In this document: positions 42,503 through 53,259 of the stretch, in pieces
Layout: each line of letters starts with the position of its first letter
How positions within the stretch are numbered: position 1 is the first letter of the stretch
Source of the DNA: a virus
IMG/VR virus record: IMGVR_UViG_3300009151_000034
Location: 85,098 to 149,097 of that record
Strand: one strand, 5' to 3'
Length of the DNA: 64,000 nucleotides
Notes under the pieces: model-generated
What the model was told of the DNA's origin: nothing
Databases searched by the model: none
What the model saw: only the letters and a program-made list of their open reading frames with translations
Translations under genes and position numbers: made by a program

Positions 42503-43939
42503 TTATAATAAGTTTATGTTGTATATCTTGTATTCAAACTTTTCCTCTGCGTATATCTTGATACGTTCAACGAAATGAAGCATCGTATGGTTTTTCATAG
42601 ATTTCCAGGAAAGATCATCAGCTATATCATAGAGAGTTGCATTAGTTTTGGTTTCAGACCTTCGAAGCCCACGGCCAATTGATTGTAAATTTCTAACCCG
42701 TGATTTTGAAGGACTAGCGAATATAATGTTATGCAAATTACGAATGTTAATACCTGTGGAGCTAGTTCCGTAAGAAGCAACCACAATAGCATTTTTTTCT
42801 GTCTCAATAGCCTTACGTATTTCTTCACGTTTCTCACCCTTTACTTCACCAGAGATATAAAAAACTTTTCTATCTTTAACTTCTGCTGATATCATGTCAT
42901 ATATGGCCTTACCTTGTTTCTCCACAAATTGAAAAAGCAACAGCGTATTACCTTCAAGCGATAAGGCCAAGTTCTTAATGAACCTATTTCTTCTTGTGCT
43001 TGTTACGATGTAATCAATTTCAGTCTGATAATCTATGCCCGCAATTTGTTTTTTTACTTCATCAGGATGTTTTAAAACGAGACATTTGATGTTAAAATCA
43101 GCAGCATATTTTTGTTCTATAAGTTCTGCGGTGGTAGTTACCTTCTTGACAGGACCAAAAAGACCTTCTAGAACTAACTTATTAGTTTGCGTGCCATCAA
43201 GCGTTCCAGTAAAACCATAACGATATACGCACTGGTTTAATTTCGTCATGATATCAGTAAGCGACTTAGCTTTGAATAAATGAGCCTCATCGCCAACAAC
43301 AACTTCAAATTTAGCAAACCATGATTTTGGAAGTTTGTAAATAGATTGCCATGTGGAAACGATAACAGGACAATCAGATTCTTTATTTGCGCCTTCCATG
43401 ATCTTATGGATTTTATCTTCTGAGTATCCATAGTCAACAAAGTCTGAAGTCATCTGATGAACTAGTGATGTTGTAGGAACGATGATTAAAGTTTTTTTGC
43501 CATAGTATCGAGCCAACATGTAAATCATCAAAGACTTACCAGATGATGTTGGTGAAAGAAGAACCGCTCTTCGTTTTCTTACTGCATAAATAAATGCTTC
43601 GATCTGATAATCTCTTGGATTGTATTTTGGTTTTAGCCACTCAATAAATTCTTTGCATTCGACTAATGAAAATTCTGTATCGCCGTCAATACCATCATAT
43701 TCAATAGCATAATCTCTTGCGGAACAAAATACCTGTAAATGCTGTATAAGACCAACATACAAAAGGCAAGACATAGCATTGAAAAGTCTTATCTTACCAT
43801 CCCACATTTTATTTTTGAATGCAGGCATAAATTTTGCACCAGGAATTTCAAATGTGAATTGATCCGAAATTTCCATTGCAATACCAGGATCACATATTAT
43901 TTTTGCATAAGTTTCATCATATTTTTTAATTGTAATCAT
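42503..43939 (-). CDS. uvsW: DNA helicase UvsW
   Basis: SPTSSGKS, GDEAH, QSIGRGLR. Confidence 0.95.
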   Translation of the reverse strand: MITIKKYDETYAKIICDPGIAMEISDQFTFEIPGAKFMPAFKNKMWDGKIRLFNAMSCLLYVGLIQHLQVFCSARDYAIEYDGIDGDTEFSLVECKEFIEWLKPKYNPRDYQIEAFIYAVRKRRAVLLSPTSSGKSLMIYMLARYYGKKTLIIVPTTSLVHQMTSDFVDYGYSEDKIHKIMEGANKESDCPVIVSTWQSIYKLPKSWFAKFEVVVGDEAHLFKAKSLTDIMTKLNQCVYRYGFTGTLDGTQTNKLVLEGLFGPVKKVTTTAELIEQKYAADFNIKCLVLKHPDEVKKQIAGIDYQTEIDYIVTSTRRNRFIKNLALSLEGNTLLLFQFVEKQGKAIYDMISAEVKDRKVFYISGEVKGEKREEIRKAIETEKNAIVVASYGTSSTGINIRNLHNIIFASPSKSRVRNLQSIGRGLRRSETKTNATLYDIADDLSWKSMKNHTMLHFVERIKIYAEEKFEYKIYNINLL

Positions 43940-44376
43940 TATCCACCATTCTGAAATTTCACCCAGTCCATTGCGGTTTTAAGTAAATACCCTCGGTTAT
44001 TGAGAGTTTTGATGATAGCTTCAAGAGCCTCAACTTTTTCTTGCTGTAAACCGATTTTTAACGAAAACGCAATTATATCTTTGTCTGCATCCATATACAT
44101 CGAAAGGTCTGATTTCAAAATCATTCCCTTAGCCGGTAGTTCCCAACCTTTTTCTTTCGTTTCTTGGTTATGACCCTGAGTGTAAAACTCGTGCTTATCA
44201 AGTTTTAGAATTTTCATTTGAGATTCAAGTGATCTAAGAGATGATCGTTCGGCAATAAAAATTTTATAATATTTGTTATGTAATTTAGGAATTTTTACAC
44301 TTTCCTCACCAAGTTCAGTCTTATCGATAATGCAATCTTTATCCCATTCAACCAAAACATCTTCAAATTTCATCAT
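43939..44376 (-). CDS. uvsY: Recombination mediator UvsY
   Basis: WDKDCIID..KIPKLHNKY..IIKTLNNRG; synteny. Confidence 0.88.
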   Translation of the reverse strand: MMKFEDVLVEWDKDCIIDKTELGEESVKIPKLHNKYYKIFIAERSSLRSLESQMKILKLDKHEFYTQGHNQETKEKGWELPAKGMILKSDLSMYMDADKDIIAFSLKIGLQQEKVEALEAIIKTLNNRGYLLKTAMDWVKFQNGG

Positions 44377-44424
44377 ATCCTCCATACCAAATAATCACAA
44401 TTATAGCGAAATTTGTTAGTAAAG

Positions 44425-44931
44425 TCAAGTGATTTTGTTTATGCTATGCTGAATATATCGAAATGTTGCCGTTGCTTCAAGATAACTAATATCTTCCAAA
44501 GAAGAATCAAAAACTAATGAAGATATTTCAATAGGAAATGCTTCCATAAAAATAATCTCGTAATTTGGATTTCTTTTACTAGTCAAAACTTGTAACGAAA
44601 TATCAGAACGAATTCCTTTGCCCGTATATGTTGGCTGTGAACTTATATCTTTATAAGAGGTATAATCTTGTCCACCAATTGCTTTAATCCAATTAAATAT
44701 TTCCAAATAATTTTGAAGGTTTTCATCTATTTTAAAAGTGATTTCAAGATTATCATATAACAAATGGTCGGCGGGATACGGAATACGAAGTAATGGAGTG
44801 CCTACATCAAATCCGGGTGATGATACTCCTGGAATATTGACTTTCTGAATAAAAAAGTTTACATTGGGTGCTCTTGAAATAGAAAACTTAAAATTAATCG
44901 GTGAAAGAAAATTTACTGGTGCAGTTGACAT
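44425..44931 (-). CDS. gp3: Tail completion/terminator protein
   Basis: NFLSPINFKF, NIPG, DENLQNY; late promoter at 44958-44965. Confidence 0.8.
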   Translation of the reverse strand: MSTAPVNFLSPINFKFSISRAPNVNFFIQKVNIPGVSSPGFDVGTPLLRIPYPADHLLYDNLEITFKIDENLQNYLEIFNWIKAIGGQDYTSYKDISSQPTYTGKGIRSDISLQVLTSKRNPNYEIIFMEAFPIEISSLVFDSSLEDISYLEATATFRYIQHSINKIT

Positions 44932-44965
44932 TACATGTATCTCCATAAACTCAACACTATTTATA

Positions 44966-44997
44966 ATAAAAAAAGAGGGAGCCGAAACTCCCTCTTT
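44966..44997 (-). terminator. Terminator after gp23
   Basis: AAAGAGGGAG/CTCCCTCTTT stem with T-run; two further hairpins at 45003-45079. Confidence 0.8.
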
Positions 44998-45088
44998 AGT
45001 TGGACTGGTTGAATCCAGTCTCGTTGAAGATTAAATTATTCACTATCAGCTACTCTTATTAGGAATAGCTGATAGTGAAAAGTTCATT

Positions 45089-46531
45089 TTACATAAGGTT
45101 GTTAACAATCACGCGACGATAGTAAAGGTTTGATGATACGTTCAACCCACCAAGACCTTTTGTTAGACCCTGAGCGAATGGATTGGCTACCATACCATAA
45201 CGAGTCTTGAAGCCGATCTTTGGCTGGAAGTTTTGTTGATCAACTGCACGAACCATCTGTAGTGGAACATATGGGCAGTAGAACAAACCAGCATCGAATG
45301 CTGAAGAACCACGATAACCAACAGTCAAGTAATTACCACCGATTGCATATGGATCGATGTAAACCTTTAGACGACCATTTAGAACACCAGCGAAAGTATT
45401 ACCAGTATCGTCAACTTGTAGGTTATTAGAGTTAAGAGCAGGAGCATAGTCAAGAACGCCAGCCATCTGCAAAGCTGAAGCAACGTCAGAAGAGCAGATA
45501 ACAATGTTACCCTTGCCTCTACGTGTTTCACGAGCAATACGATTAGATTCACGTTCAAGCTGGAACATTAGACCCTTGAACTTTTCAACTGACCAACGAC
45601 CGTTTGAATCGGTGTCAAGATCGAATACACCAGGAGTTGTTGTATTATCTTGTGCACCAGGGGCAGCAGTAATGTTGATTGTGCGAACAACTTCGCGGTT
45701 GATTTCGGCAAGGATTTCAGCAGCAAGAATGTTGGTTAGTTCTGTTTCTGCATCGAGACCATGAATAGCCTTAAGGTCTTGAGCTAGTTCCATGGTGTAT
45801 TCAGCCTTTAGAGCACGTGTCTTAGCAGTAACAGTGACTTTTTCAATCGAGAATGCCATCTGGTCGAAAGCATAACCTGTTGCTGAATCAGAACCTAATG
45901 ATTCACCTTGTGTTGTTGACAAACCTTGTGCAGTGTTATAGTTTGCTGTGTTAACTAGTGGTGTGGTATTTGTTTGACCAGGAATTGTGCCAAAGAAGCC
46001 TTGTCCGAATGTAGAGTTGCCAGATAGAATACCAGCGCCCGATCCAAATCCACCCTGAGCCAAGTTAGCACCAGTTGCAGAGAACATAGTGTTAACTTCA
46101 TTATAGAATGTTTCGTTGTCCTGATATCCGTTAGCAGCAAATCCACCAGTAGAATTGCCTTGCTGAGTGTAACGTGAACGCATAGCAAAGATCAAGCCAG
46201 TTGGGCCTGTCATTGGCTGTGTGCCACAAATGTCATAAGCAATTAGGTTTGGCATTGCACGACGAACTAAAGAGATCAATACTGGATCGAAAGTATCAAT
46301 AGCACCTGCTGCTCCTGATCCTGATGTTCCCATAGCGTTAACTGGTGTTGCTGATGTTGTTTCCATCAACGAACCATAACGGCTCTGTTCTGCACTTTCT
46401 TGTAGTGCTCTTGCTGTGTTTTCTAGAACGACAGCGGTTACTGAACGACGGGTAATGTCCTTAATTGGTGGTAGGTCGGCATGTTCAAGGACTGGTCCCC
46501 ATTTCTTTTGAAGCTCTTCTTGTAGATACAT
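45089..46531 (-). CDS. gp23: Major capsid protein
   Basis: LVRRAMP, QPMTGPTGLIFAMR, ELAQDLKAIHG, YCPYVPL. Confidence 0.97.
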   Translation of the reverse strand: MYLQEELQKKWGPVLEHADLPPIKDITRRSVTAVVLENTARALQESAEQSRYGSLMETTSATPVNAMGTSGSGAAGAIDTFDPVLISLVRRAMPNLIAYDICGTQPMTGPTGLIFAMRSRYTQQGNSTGGFAANGYQDNETFYNEVNTMFSATGANLAQGGFGSGAGILSGNSTFGQGFFGTIPGQTNTTPLVNTANYNTAQGLSTTQGESLGSDSATGYAFDQMAFSIEKVTVTAKTRALKAEYTMELAQDLKAIHGLDAETELTNILAAEILAEINREVVRTINITAAPGAQDNTTTPGVFDLDTDSNGRWSVEKFKGLMFQLERESNRIARETRRGKGNIVICSSDVASALQMAGVLDYAPALNSNNLQVDDTGNTFAGVLNGRLKVYIDPYAIGGNYLTVGYRGSSAFDAGLFYCPYVPLQMVRAVDQQNFQPKIGFKTRYGMVANPFAQGLTKGLGGLNVSSNLYYRRVIVNNLM

Positions 46532-46572
46532 TTTAGTTCCCTTTCTTTCTGGGTTATATTATTATTTATAAA

Positions 46573-47643
46573 TTATTGTCTTTTGACAGTGCGAGAAATT
46601 GCTGCTGCGTATCTGTTTACTTCTGGGTCAGCAGATACTACGTTGTTGTAGGTTTCACCTTCGAAAGTTTCTTCTTCGATGTTTGACTGCGCTACTTGTT
46701 TATTTGAAAAATAATTTTCTTTAACAACGGAAAGTTTTCTTGCGAATTTTTCTAGATCGCCGTTATATTCAAGTCCTTCAGCCAAAGCGATAAACTTTTC
46801 TGATTGTGTTAGAGTTAGACCATCGGCATATTCTTCAATTAGCTCGTTCTTAAGAGCAGAATTTACATCTTGTCTTAGCTCAACATTTTCATTGATGGCT
46901 TCATTTAGCTTTGCTTCGAGTTGATCGACTTTTGCAGCTAGTGACTCCACCACATCAACCTTATCGGCAGGCACATCAATATAATGTTCAGCGAAAAGAT
47001 TTTTGAGGCCATCGATAAACTCTTCAGTAATTTCGTTACGAAGTGTTGATTCGATAGCAACTTGATTATCTTTCATCCATGTTTCAACAACATAGTCTAG
47101 ATACATATCGATTTTTGACTGAAGTGATTCTTCCATTTCTTCAACGGCTTCTTCAATCTTTGTTTCATATTCTTCTTCTAAGCGAACAATTTCTGTCATT
47201 GCACGTAGATTAACCGCAGCTTCAAAAAGGGTTGAAGCCTTTTCTTTAAATTCTTCTGATAGGTCTTGGCCTTCAAACATTTCTTCAACGTCTTCACGCA
47301 TAGACTGACCTGGGGTTGTGTGATGCAATCTATTTGGAGTTTTTTCGTTTGGTTCTACACCGCCCTTACCAGTTGCATAAGATGGCTTTGCACGAATAGA
47401 GTTTTCGTTGCTCTTTTCGTTTGCATTGCCAGGAAGATTGCGCGCTTCTTTACCAATTAGTGCCATTGCATCATGGAACCATTTTGTTAGATCGTCTCTC
47501 TTCATACCATGCATAGTGGCAAGCACAGCATTCATATGTTCAATTTTTGATTTTGGGTCTGGTCCCGATGACTGTGATCCTGGTTTCAAAGAATCCATCG
47601 CCATTGAGTCTTCGCTTACTTCTTGTTCGTATTCGTTAGACAT
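46573..47643 (-). CDS. gp22: Prohead scaffold protein
   Basis: LSEEFKEKASTLFEAA, YLDYVVE; acidic coiled coil. Confidence 0.9.
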   Translation of the reverse strand: MSNEYEQEVSEDSMAMDSLKPGSQSSGPDPKSKIEHMNAVLATMHGMKRDDLTKWFHDAMALIGKEARNLPGNANEKSNENSIRAKPSYATGKGGVEPNEKTPNRLHHTTPGQSMREDVEEMFEGQDLSEEFKEKASTLFEAAVNLRAMTEIVRLEEEYETKIEEAVEEMEESLQSKIDMYLDYVVETWMKDNQVAIESTLRNEITEEFIDGLKNLFAEHYIDVPADKVDVVESLAAKVDQLEAKLNEAINENVELRQDVNSALKNELIEEYADGLTLTQSEKFIALAEGLEYNGDLEKFARKLSVVKENYFSNKQVAQSNIEEETFEGETYNNVVSADPEVNRYAAAISRTVKRQ

Positions 47644-47679
47644 GTATAAGGTCTCCCTTTAATCTGATATTTGTAATAT

Positions 47680-48363
47680 TTATAAAATTCTATTGTTTGA
47701 CGCCAAGGCTTTAACATAACTTTCGAAAATGCCAAGCTGATTTTGTTCGATTTGATCCATACGCATTCTTCTCAAAGACTTTCTTTTTTCATGAAGTCTT
47801 TCCTCAAGCCACGTGTTTTTTACTGGATCATAAACCCAATCCACACCTTCCATGATTCCTTTTACGAAAGCATTTGGTGCAGAAGGATCAGCAACAATAT
47901 CAGCGGCTGTAGCAAGATGGAAGTCTATCTGAACCACCATGATACCATCTTTTGATTCTAGAGACCCCATACCACGAGAAGATACTCCTAATTTTGCGCC
48001 AGATTCCAAAAGTCCTCTGGCAATATTACCCATAGGAGTATCAGTAAGTTTTGCTTTACCAATAAAAGTGTTTGTATTGCCGTCACGTTTCAAATCAACA
48101 ATCAAATGAGAAACACGATCAAGATTAATTTGCGGCCCTGCTGGATGACCAAGTTCACCATATCCACGATTATTTTTAATATGTTCTTCAACGTATTTAT
48201 TAACAGCACCTTCCATTACATGAATAGGATATCTGCGTTTGTTTTTATTCACAACTTCAGCTTCCATGAATGGCCCGGTGATGTGATGAGTTTTTTTGCC
48301 TGTAGCTTCATCAAGTTGAGTAAAATACTCCATATTCTCAAATAATTCGGTAATAAGTTTCAT
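47680..48363 (-). CDS. gp21: Prohead protease
   Basis: GELGHP, GVSSRGMGS, DIVADPSAP. Confidence 0.95.
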   Translation of the reverse strand: MKLITELFENMEYFTQLDEATGKKTHHITGPFMEAEVVNKNKRRYPIHVMEGAVNKYVEEHIKNNRGYGELGHPAGPQINLDRVSHLIVDLKRDGNTNTFIGKAKLTDTPMGNIARGLLESGAKLGVSSRGMGSLESKDGIMVVQIDFHLATAADIVADPSAPNAFVKGIMEGVDWVYDPVKNTWLEERLHEKRKSLRRMRMDQIEQNQLGIFESYVKALASNNRIL

Positions 48364-48373
48364 TTTACTTTCC

Positions 48374-50434
48374 TTATGACATTGCTTCTTGGGCAATCAT
48401 GTGAGCACCAACGTTAGCTGATGCGCCAGTTGTTGTTACTGCCACGGTAAGAGTATCTGGTGTGTTACCTTGAATATTGTTATAAAGAGCAAACAAGTTA
48501 GATAGATCGAATGTCTGAAGACCAGAACCGCCAGATGGTGCAGTGAAGGCATAAACAACTTCACCAGCACTTGATGCTAGTGTAACTGTTCCTGCGACAG
48601 TGGCCGATTGATTCAACCCCCATGAAGTTCCTGAACCGGAAGCAAGTGTCGTTCCTGCTGGAATACCTGGACCTGTAACGGTCTGTCCAATAGCTAAAGC
48701 GCCGGTTAGAACCGCAACGACAGTCAAAGCTGTTCCTGAAATAGTTGCAGTAATGGTAGCAGCACCTGTGGTCATTGAAGTTGCAGATACATCACGAGTT
48801 GCAAGTGAGTTAATTGATCCAAGTGTAGACATTGGCTCAAATTTAGCGCCAGTAAAAGTAACAGGAGATGACGCAGTGCTAACAATCATTTCTACAACGC
48901 AAAGAGCATCAGAAGAAAGAATCAATGTTTGCGGAAGAATTTGACCACGATTGATTAGTCCAATTTGATAAGACGATGTTAATGCAGGAGCAGTAGCAAT
49001 TGGTGTTGTTGTATTTGAGGAAGTAACCGTTGTAAAAAATGCTGCGTTAACCGTATTATTTACAATACGAGCAGTAGTAGTTACTGAACCATCCTTAATT
49101 GTAAGGCCACGCCCTACAAACTGATTTGGAATCCAAGCCGTGGCGGTAGTGTCATTCATTCTAATGCATGTAGTATTTGCAAATGTAAGATTACCTACTT
49201 GTGTGCTGTTTGCAGAATATTCGATCGTGCCCATGTTACGCATTTGCACTGAAACAACAGGAAAACGAGTATTTGATGACGGAACGTTTCTTCTTGGTGC
49301 GGATGTGGTATTCGCAGCCATACCATAAGAATATGTAAATCCTCTTTGTGGGTCTTGGCGATTTTCGACCATGACCGATACGCCAAAGTGAACAAGAGAA
49401 CTATTTGCAGTAGTGGCTGTCATATTTCTTTGTTCATATCTTACAGGCAAGTTACCAGTTCTCGACCATGCAGATTGTGATTGTGGTCCCTGATAATTTC
49501 CGTTACCAGTGCCAACTTCATGAAGAACATATGGCTCACCATTAAGTAAACAACCCCAACGAATTGCCCCAGCACCATACCATGCATATTCTAACCAAAA
49601 CATTTGAATGCCATTCCAATTAATCAAGGAAGTTACTGGATCACCACGCCAATTCTCTAGTGAAAACTTATAATCTACAGGAAGACTTGAAGTGGTTGTT
49701 CCTGTTGTATAATTTACACTTCCTGCATCTGAACGAATTACTGCATACATTCCTGATGGATTTGCAGTAGTTGCAATTCCTTGTTCAAAGAAAACACCGT
49801 TACCATCATCAAAGAATCCAACTCTTTGAAAATTGCCTGGAACAACAGCATTTAATGTTGTGCTAGAAATATTTGTTGTTGATTGAACACTAAGAGTCCA
49901 AGAAAGCCCAGACCCAGAAACAATCGTTACGTTACCAGGAACATAATTTCCAAAAGCATCAGTTCCATTAATAACTTGACCAATAGCAATAGTCCCAGTA
50001 GTAACGGAAGTCACAGTCAAAGTTGTTCCCGAAATACTACCAACAAATACAGCGCCTGTTGTGCTGCTTGGTGTCGATGTTCCAAAGTTAATAGCAGTGG
50101 CCATGAACATAGTTTTTCCGGGCTGATAACGATGATATGGGCGTGACTGGCGAATAGTTAAGTCACCTGCATTATTACCTACAAGCATACGAACGCCACC
50201 CATACCAGGAAAATGTGCTACGTTAGCAAAACTTCCTGATGTGGCGGTATTGGCAGTAAAATTCTCCCAACGCATAGGCTGAGTGCCATATTCAAAGTCG
50301 GCTTCATAAATGTTTTGAGACATAGAAACTTTAAGTTTACCAAGAACGTCTTTTGTTCTTGTTGGCGTAGTAAACGACTCTGGACGAGTAGACTTCATTG
50401 TGAAATTATTAATGTTTACTGGATATGTTGTCAT
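48374..50434 (-). CDS. Putative virion structural/surface protein in the head cluster
   Basis: T/S/G-rich, RYQPGK motif, two ISGTTLTV-type beta domains. Confidence 0.7.
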   Translation of the reverse strand: MTTYPVNINNFTMKSTRPESFTTPTRTKDVLGKLKVSMSQNIYEADFEYGTQPMRWENFTANTATSGSFANVAHFPGMGGVRMLVGNNAGDLTIRQSRPYHRYQPGKTMFMATAINFGTSTPSSTTGAVFVGSISGTTLTVTSVTTGTIAIGQVINGTDAFGNYVPGNVTIVSGSGLSWTLSVQSTTNISSTTLNAVVPGNFQRVGFFDDGNGVFFEQGIATTANPSGMYAVIRSDAGSVNYTTGTTTSSLPVDYKFSLENWRGDPVTSLINWNGIQMFWLEYAWYGAGAIRWGCLLNGEPYVLHEVGTGNGNYQGPQSQSAWSRTGNLPVRYEQRNMTATTANSSLVHFGVSVMVENRQDPQRGFTYSYGMAANTTSAPRRNVPSSNTRFPVVSVQMRNMGTIEYSANSTQVGNLTFANTTCIRMNDTTATAWIPNQFVGRGLTIKDGSVTTTARIVNNTVNAAFFTTVTSSNTTTPIATAPALTSSYQIGLINRGQILPQTLILSSDALCVVEMIVSTASSPVTFTGAKFEPMSTLGSINSLATRDVSATSMTTGAATITATISGTALTVVAVLTGALAIGQTVTGPGIPAGTTLASGSGTSWGLNQSATVAGTVTLASSAGEVVYAFTAPSGGSGLQTFDLSNLFALYNNIQGNTPDTLTVAVTTTGASANVGAHMIAQEAMS

Positions 50435-50436
50435 GA

Positions 50437-51279
50437 TTAAATTCTCCCATCCCCAAATTGACTACTTGGAGCGCCATATGAATTTGGTGCCATAGAAACG
50501 CTAGAAATACCACCATCTCGTGGGGCTTGCTCATCTTCTTCTGGTTTGTTGTGATCACCGTATACCATATAGTCGTGGACACTATTAATCATTTCTTTTG
50601 CCTGAGCAATCTTTGCCTGAACCCAAGGCTCTACATGCAAATTATTTGGCATTGATAACAAAATGTGGGCTGTTTTGTTTGTGATGGCTTTTAGTTCTGC
50701 ACGGACCATTTCGATTTCTTCTTGAGTATCATCAGCAGTATCATCAACATGTTCATTACGTTGATTGGCATAATAAGCTGCAAGAGCCATTTCTCTACGC
50801 TTTTTTGGCGACTTTCCTGCAAAATTTGGATTATTAGAATGGACAAAATCGTCAATCCATTCTTCAGGTGGTGCAGATTTACCAAGAACTTCCTTAAGGG
50901 TTTTTTTGCCCATAGAAAAATACCTAGCACATTTTTGCATACCATGCATTGGGCAAGAAGTTCCCTGTGGTGTCTCGTTGCAGGACATTACAGACTCACC
51001 ATAAACTTTGTTATCTTCACCTTTTTTATGACCGAAATTTTTCATTTTTGGTGTTTCTAAAGAATATTTTGTTTTGGCGCCGTTATAAACGTCTGGCCCA
51101 TTACCAACACGATCTTCATGTTTTTCGATGCTGTGCTTGGCAACAAATTTACGACCACCTCCAGACTTTGGAGCATAATCAACACCTGGGTCTATACCAA
51201 GTGAACCAGGGGTAATAGTGCTAGATTTTACACCTTCAAGCTTTTTATCTTTTAAGATTTCTTTAAGCGTCTTCGCCAT
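50437..51279 (-). CDS. Putative prohead core/internal protein
   Basis: Start MAKTLKEIL; position between gp67-like and gp21. Confidence 0.6.
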   Translation of the reverse strand: MAKTLKEILKDKKLEGVKSSTITPGSLGIDPGVDYAPKSGGGRKFVAKHSIEKHEDRVGNGPDVYNGAKTKYSLETPKMKNFGHKKGEDNKVYGESVMSCNETPQGTSCPMHGMQKCARYFSMGKKTLKEVLGKSAPPEEWIDDFVHSNNPNFAGKSPKKRREMALAAYYANQRNEHVDDTADDTQEEIEMVRAELKAITNKTAHILLSMPNNLHVEPWVQAKIAQAKEMINSVHDYMVYGDHNKPEEDEQAPRDGGISSVSMAPNSYGAPSSQFGDGRI

Positions 51280-51463
51280 CTTCGTAATATTCCTCTGGTT
51301 CTTCTGATCCGAACATGCTCTGGGCAACTTCAAGCTTTTTGTCATTTAATGCATTTTGAATTTTATCTGTAATAATATCCGAAAATGCTTGCTCAAAATC
51401 GATAGGCTTTTGTTCTGAACTGAAATTGATTAAGTCCGAAACTCTATATTCTATATCTGTCAT
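51263..51463 (-). CDS. Prohead core protein (gp67-like)
   Basis: Small acidic ORF right after the portal gene. Confidence 0.6.
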   Translation of the reverse strand: MTDIEYRVSDLINFSSEQKPIDFEQAFSDIITDKIQNALNDKKLEVAQSMFGSEEPEEYYEDGEDA

Positions 51464-51476
51464 GGTTTATTTATCC

Positions 51477-53207
51477 TTATTTATTTTTAGCAACAATTAA
51501 AACAGAAGAACGAAATTCGTTTTCTTCTTGTGGCGTTCTATTTTTCTTTGCGCCAAGTAATCTCACTTTTGCCTGTGCATTACTTATTTTTCTATTTTTT
51601 TCATCAGTTTCGGGAGTAGAATCAGTATCCTCATCGGAAGCTAATGGTTGAACGCCAGCACCACCAGCACCGTCATCTATACCACCATCTTGATTTGGGT
51701 CTTGTGGAGGAGCATATCTTGGATCAGTTGCTTCTTCATCACATTCTTCGTCCATTTCTTCAATAACATCTTCTGACTGGTGAAGAACATTTTTACGCGC
51801 CCATGTATGTGAATAATACTTTCCAATTAATCCACTTTGTTCCATTTGACTAAATAAATTAGTTCGATTTTCAAGAATTTCAGCATCTTTTAATTCTGTG
51901 AAATAATTATCTTTTGCAAAATCATATTTAACATCAGCAGAAATATTTTGCCAATCTTCAATGGACATGATGCCTTTAAGAACTACTTGCTTTTCCAAAA
52001 GACTAGTGAATAGGACAGAAAAACGACCGCGAAGCCTAGAAATAAAACGAGCAAATTTTAATTCGTCTCTAGTAACTTCTGTGGCACGACCTAATGAGAA
52101 CAGCGCATCAGAATTTAAACGATTGACCGGAACATTTAAAGTTTGGAGTAATTTTTTCTGGAAGTAAAGAACATCATCCATTTCTCCTAATGTCTGACCA
52201 CCCGGAAGAGTTGTTACCTCAGTTCCTTTACCACCTTCTCTTCTTGGTAGCCAGTAGTCTTCAAGCATCGTCATGAATTTTCTATCGTCACGAACTTCAC
52301 CAGTAGCACCATCATAAATTAGACGATTTTTATGTTTGACCATGATATCACGGACATATTGTTCCGCTTTCATTTTAGGTAAATTACCAACATCAATATA
52401 CCAAATACGACGTTCTGGTGCTCTTGCTAGACGATAAATTACCAGAGCATCTTCAAGTGTTCTTAATTGATTAAGAGCCTTAATTGCTTTGTGGAGATAA
52501 GAAAGAACCATCGTTCCTTGAGTATCAGTCAAACCAGATGTTACATGAACAACGGAATCTTTAGCAATACGGAGTCCAGAAGTTGTTGGTCCTACCGTTT
52601 TATTACCGTAATTAAATCCTCGGTCATTGAACATAAAGTATTCATTTTGGGTTTTGAGAATAATGGCTTCACCAGCATCAGAACCGCCCATAGCTTTCTT
52701 TTTTGATACTTCACGGACCTTACGAATTTTTCTAGGGTCAACGTAACGAAGTTCTTTGATACCTGCCTTCACATCTTTATCATCAATAATGACATGATAA
52801 TAAATTCTACCATCAATATACCAGCGGCGATAAATTTCATATGCTCTGTTTTGAAAATTAAGCAAATTCAAAACGTTCTGGAATTCATCACGAATTGCTT
52901 TTTTGACTCGATCCGTAATATCAACATTATCTAGAATGATGCTGACGATATTATCTTCATCGATTGACATTGTTTCGTTAACAATTTCATCTACCGCAGC
53001 ATCAATCTCTGGCTGCAATGACATTTCTCTATATTTTGTAACTAGTTCCGCTTCGGTTCTGACAGTGCCATCAAGATCGATATACGTCCCATACGAAGCA
53101 CCAGCAGCAACGACTACCGCACCATCATCTTGTTCTTTAGGTGCAAATGATGGTGCGATATCAGGTTCTATTTTTCTTTTAAACTCAAATCCAAACAGCG
53201 ATGCCAT
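51477..53207 (-). CDS. gp20: Portal protein
   Basis: YRLARAPERR, EDYWLPRREGGKGTE. Confidence 0.97.
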   Translation of the reverse strand: MASLFGFEFKRKIEPDIAPSFAPKEQDDGAVVVAAGASYGTYIDLDGTVRTEAELVTKYREMSLQPEIDAAVDEIVNETMSIDEDNIVSIILDNVDITDRVKKAIRDEFQNVLNLLNFQNRAYEIYRRWYIDGRIYYHVIIDDKDVKAGIKELRYVDPRKIRKVREVSKKKAMGGSDAGEAIILKTQNEYFMFNDRGFNYGNKTVGPTTSGLRIAKDSVVHVTSGLTDTQGTMVLSYLHKAIKALNQLRTLEDALVIYRLARAPERRIWYIDVGNLPKMKAEQYVRDIMVKHKNRLIYDGATGEVRDDRKFMTMLEDYWLPRREGGKGTEVTTLPGGQTLGEMDDVLYFQKKLLQTLNVPVNRLNSDALFSLGRATEVTRDELKFARFISRLRGRFSVLFTSLLEKQVVLKGIMSIEDWQNISADVKYDFAKDNYFTELKDAEILENRTNLFSQMEQSGLIGKYYSHTWARKNVLHQSEDVIEEMDEECDEEATDPRYAPPQDPNQDGGIDDGAGGAGVQPLASDEDTDSTPETDEKNRKISNAQAKVRLLGAKKNRTPQEENEFRSSVLIVAKNK

Positions 53208-53220
53208 ATATTTTTATTCC

Positions 53221-53249
53221 AAAAAAGGGAGGGTTAATTAAAACCCTCC
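53221..53249 (-). terminator. Terminator after gp19
   Basis: GGAGGGTT/AACCCTCC stem with T-run. Confidence 0.75.
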
Positions 53250-53259
53250 ATACATTATA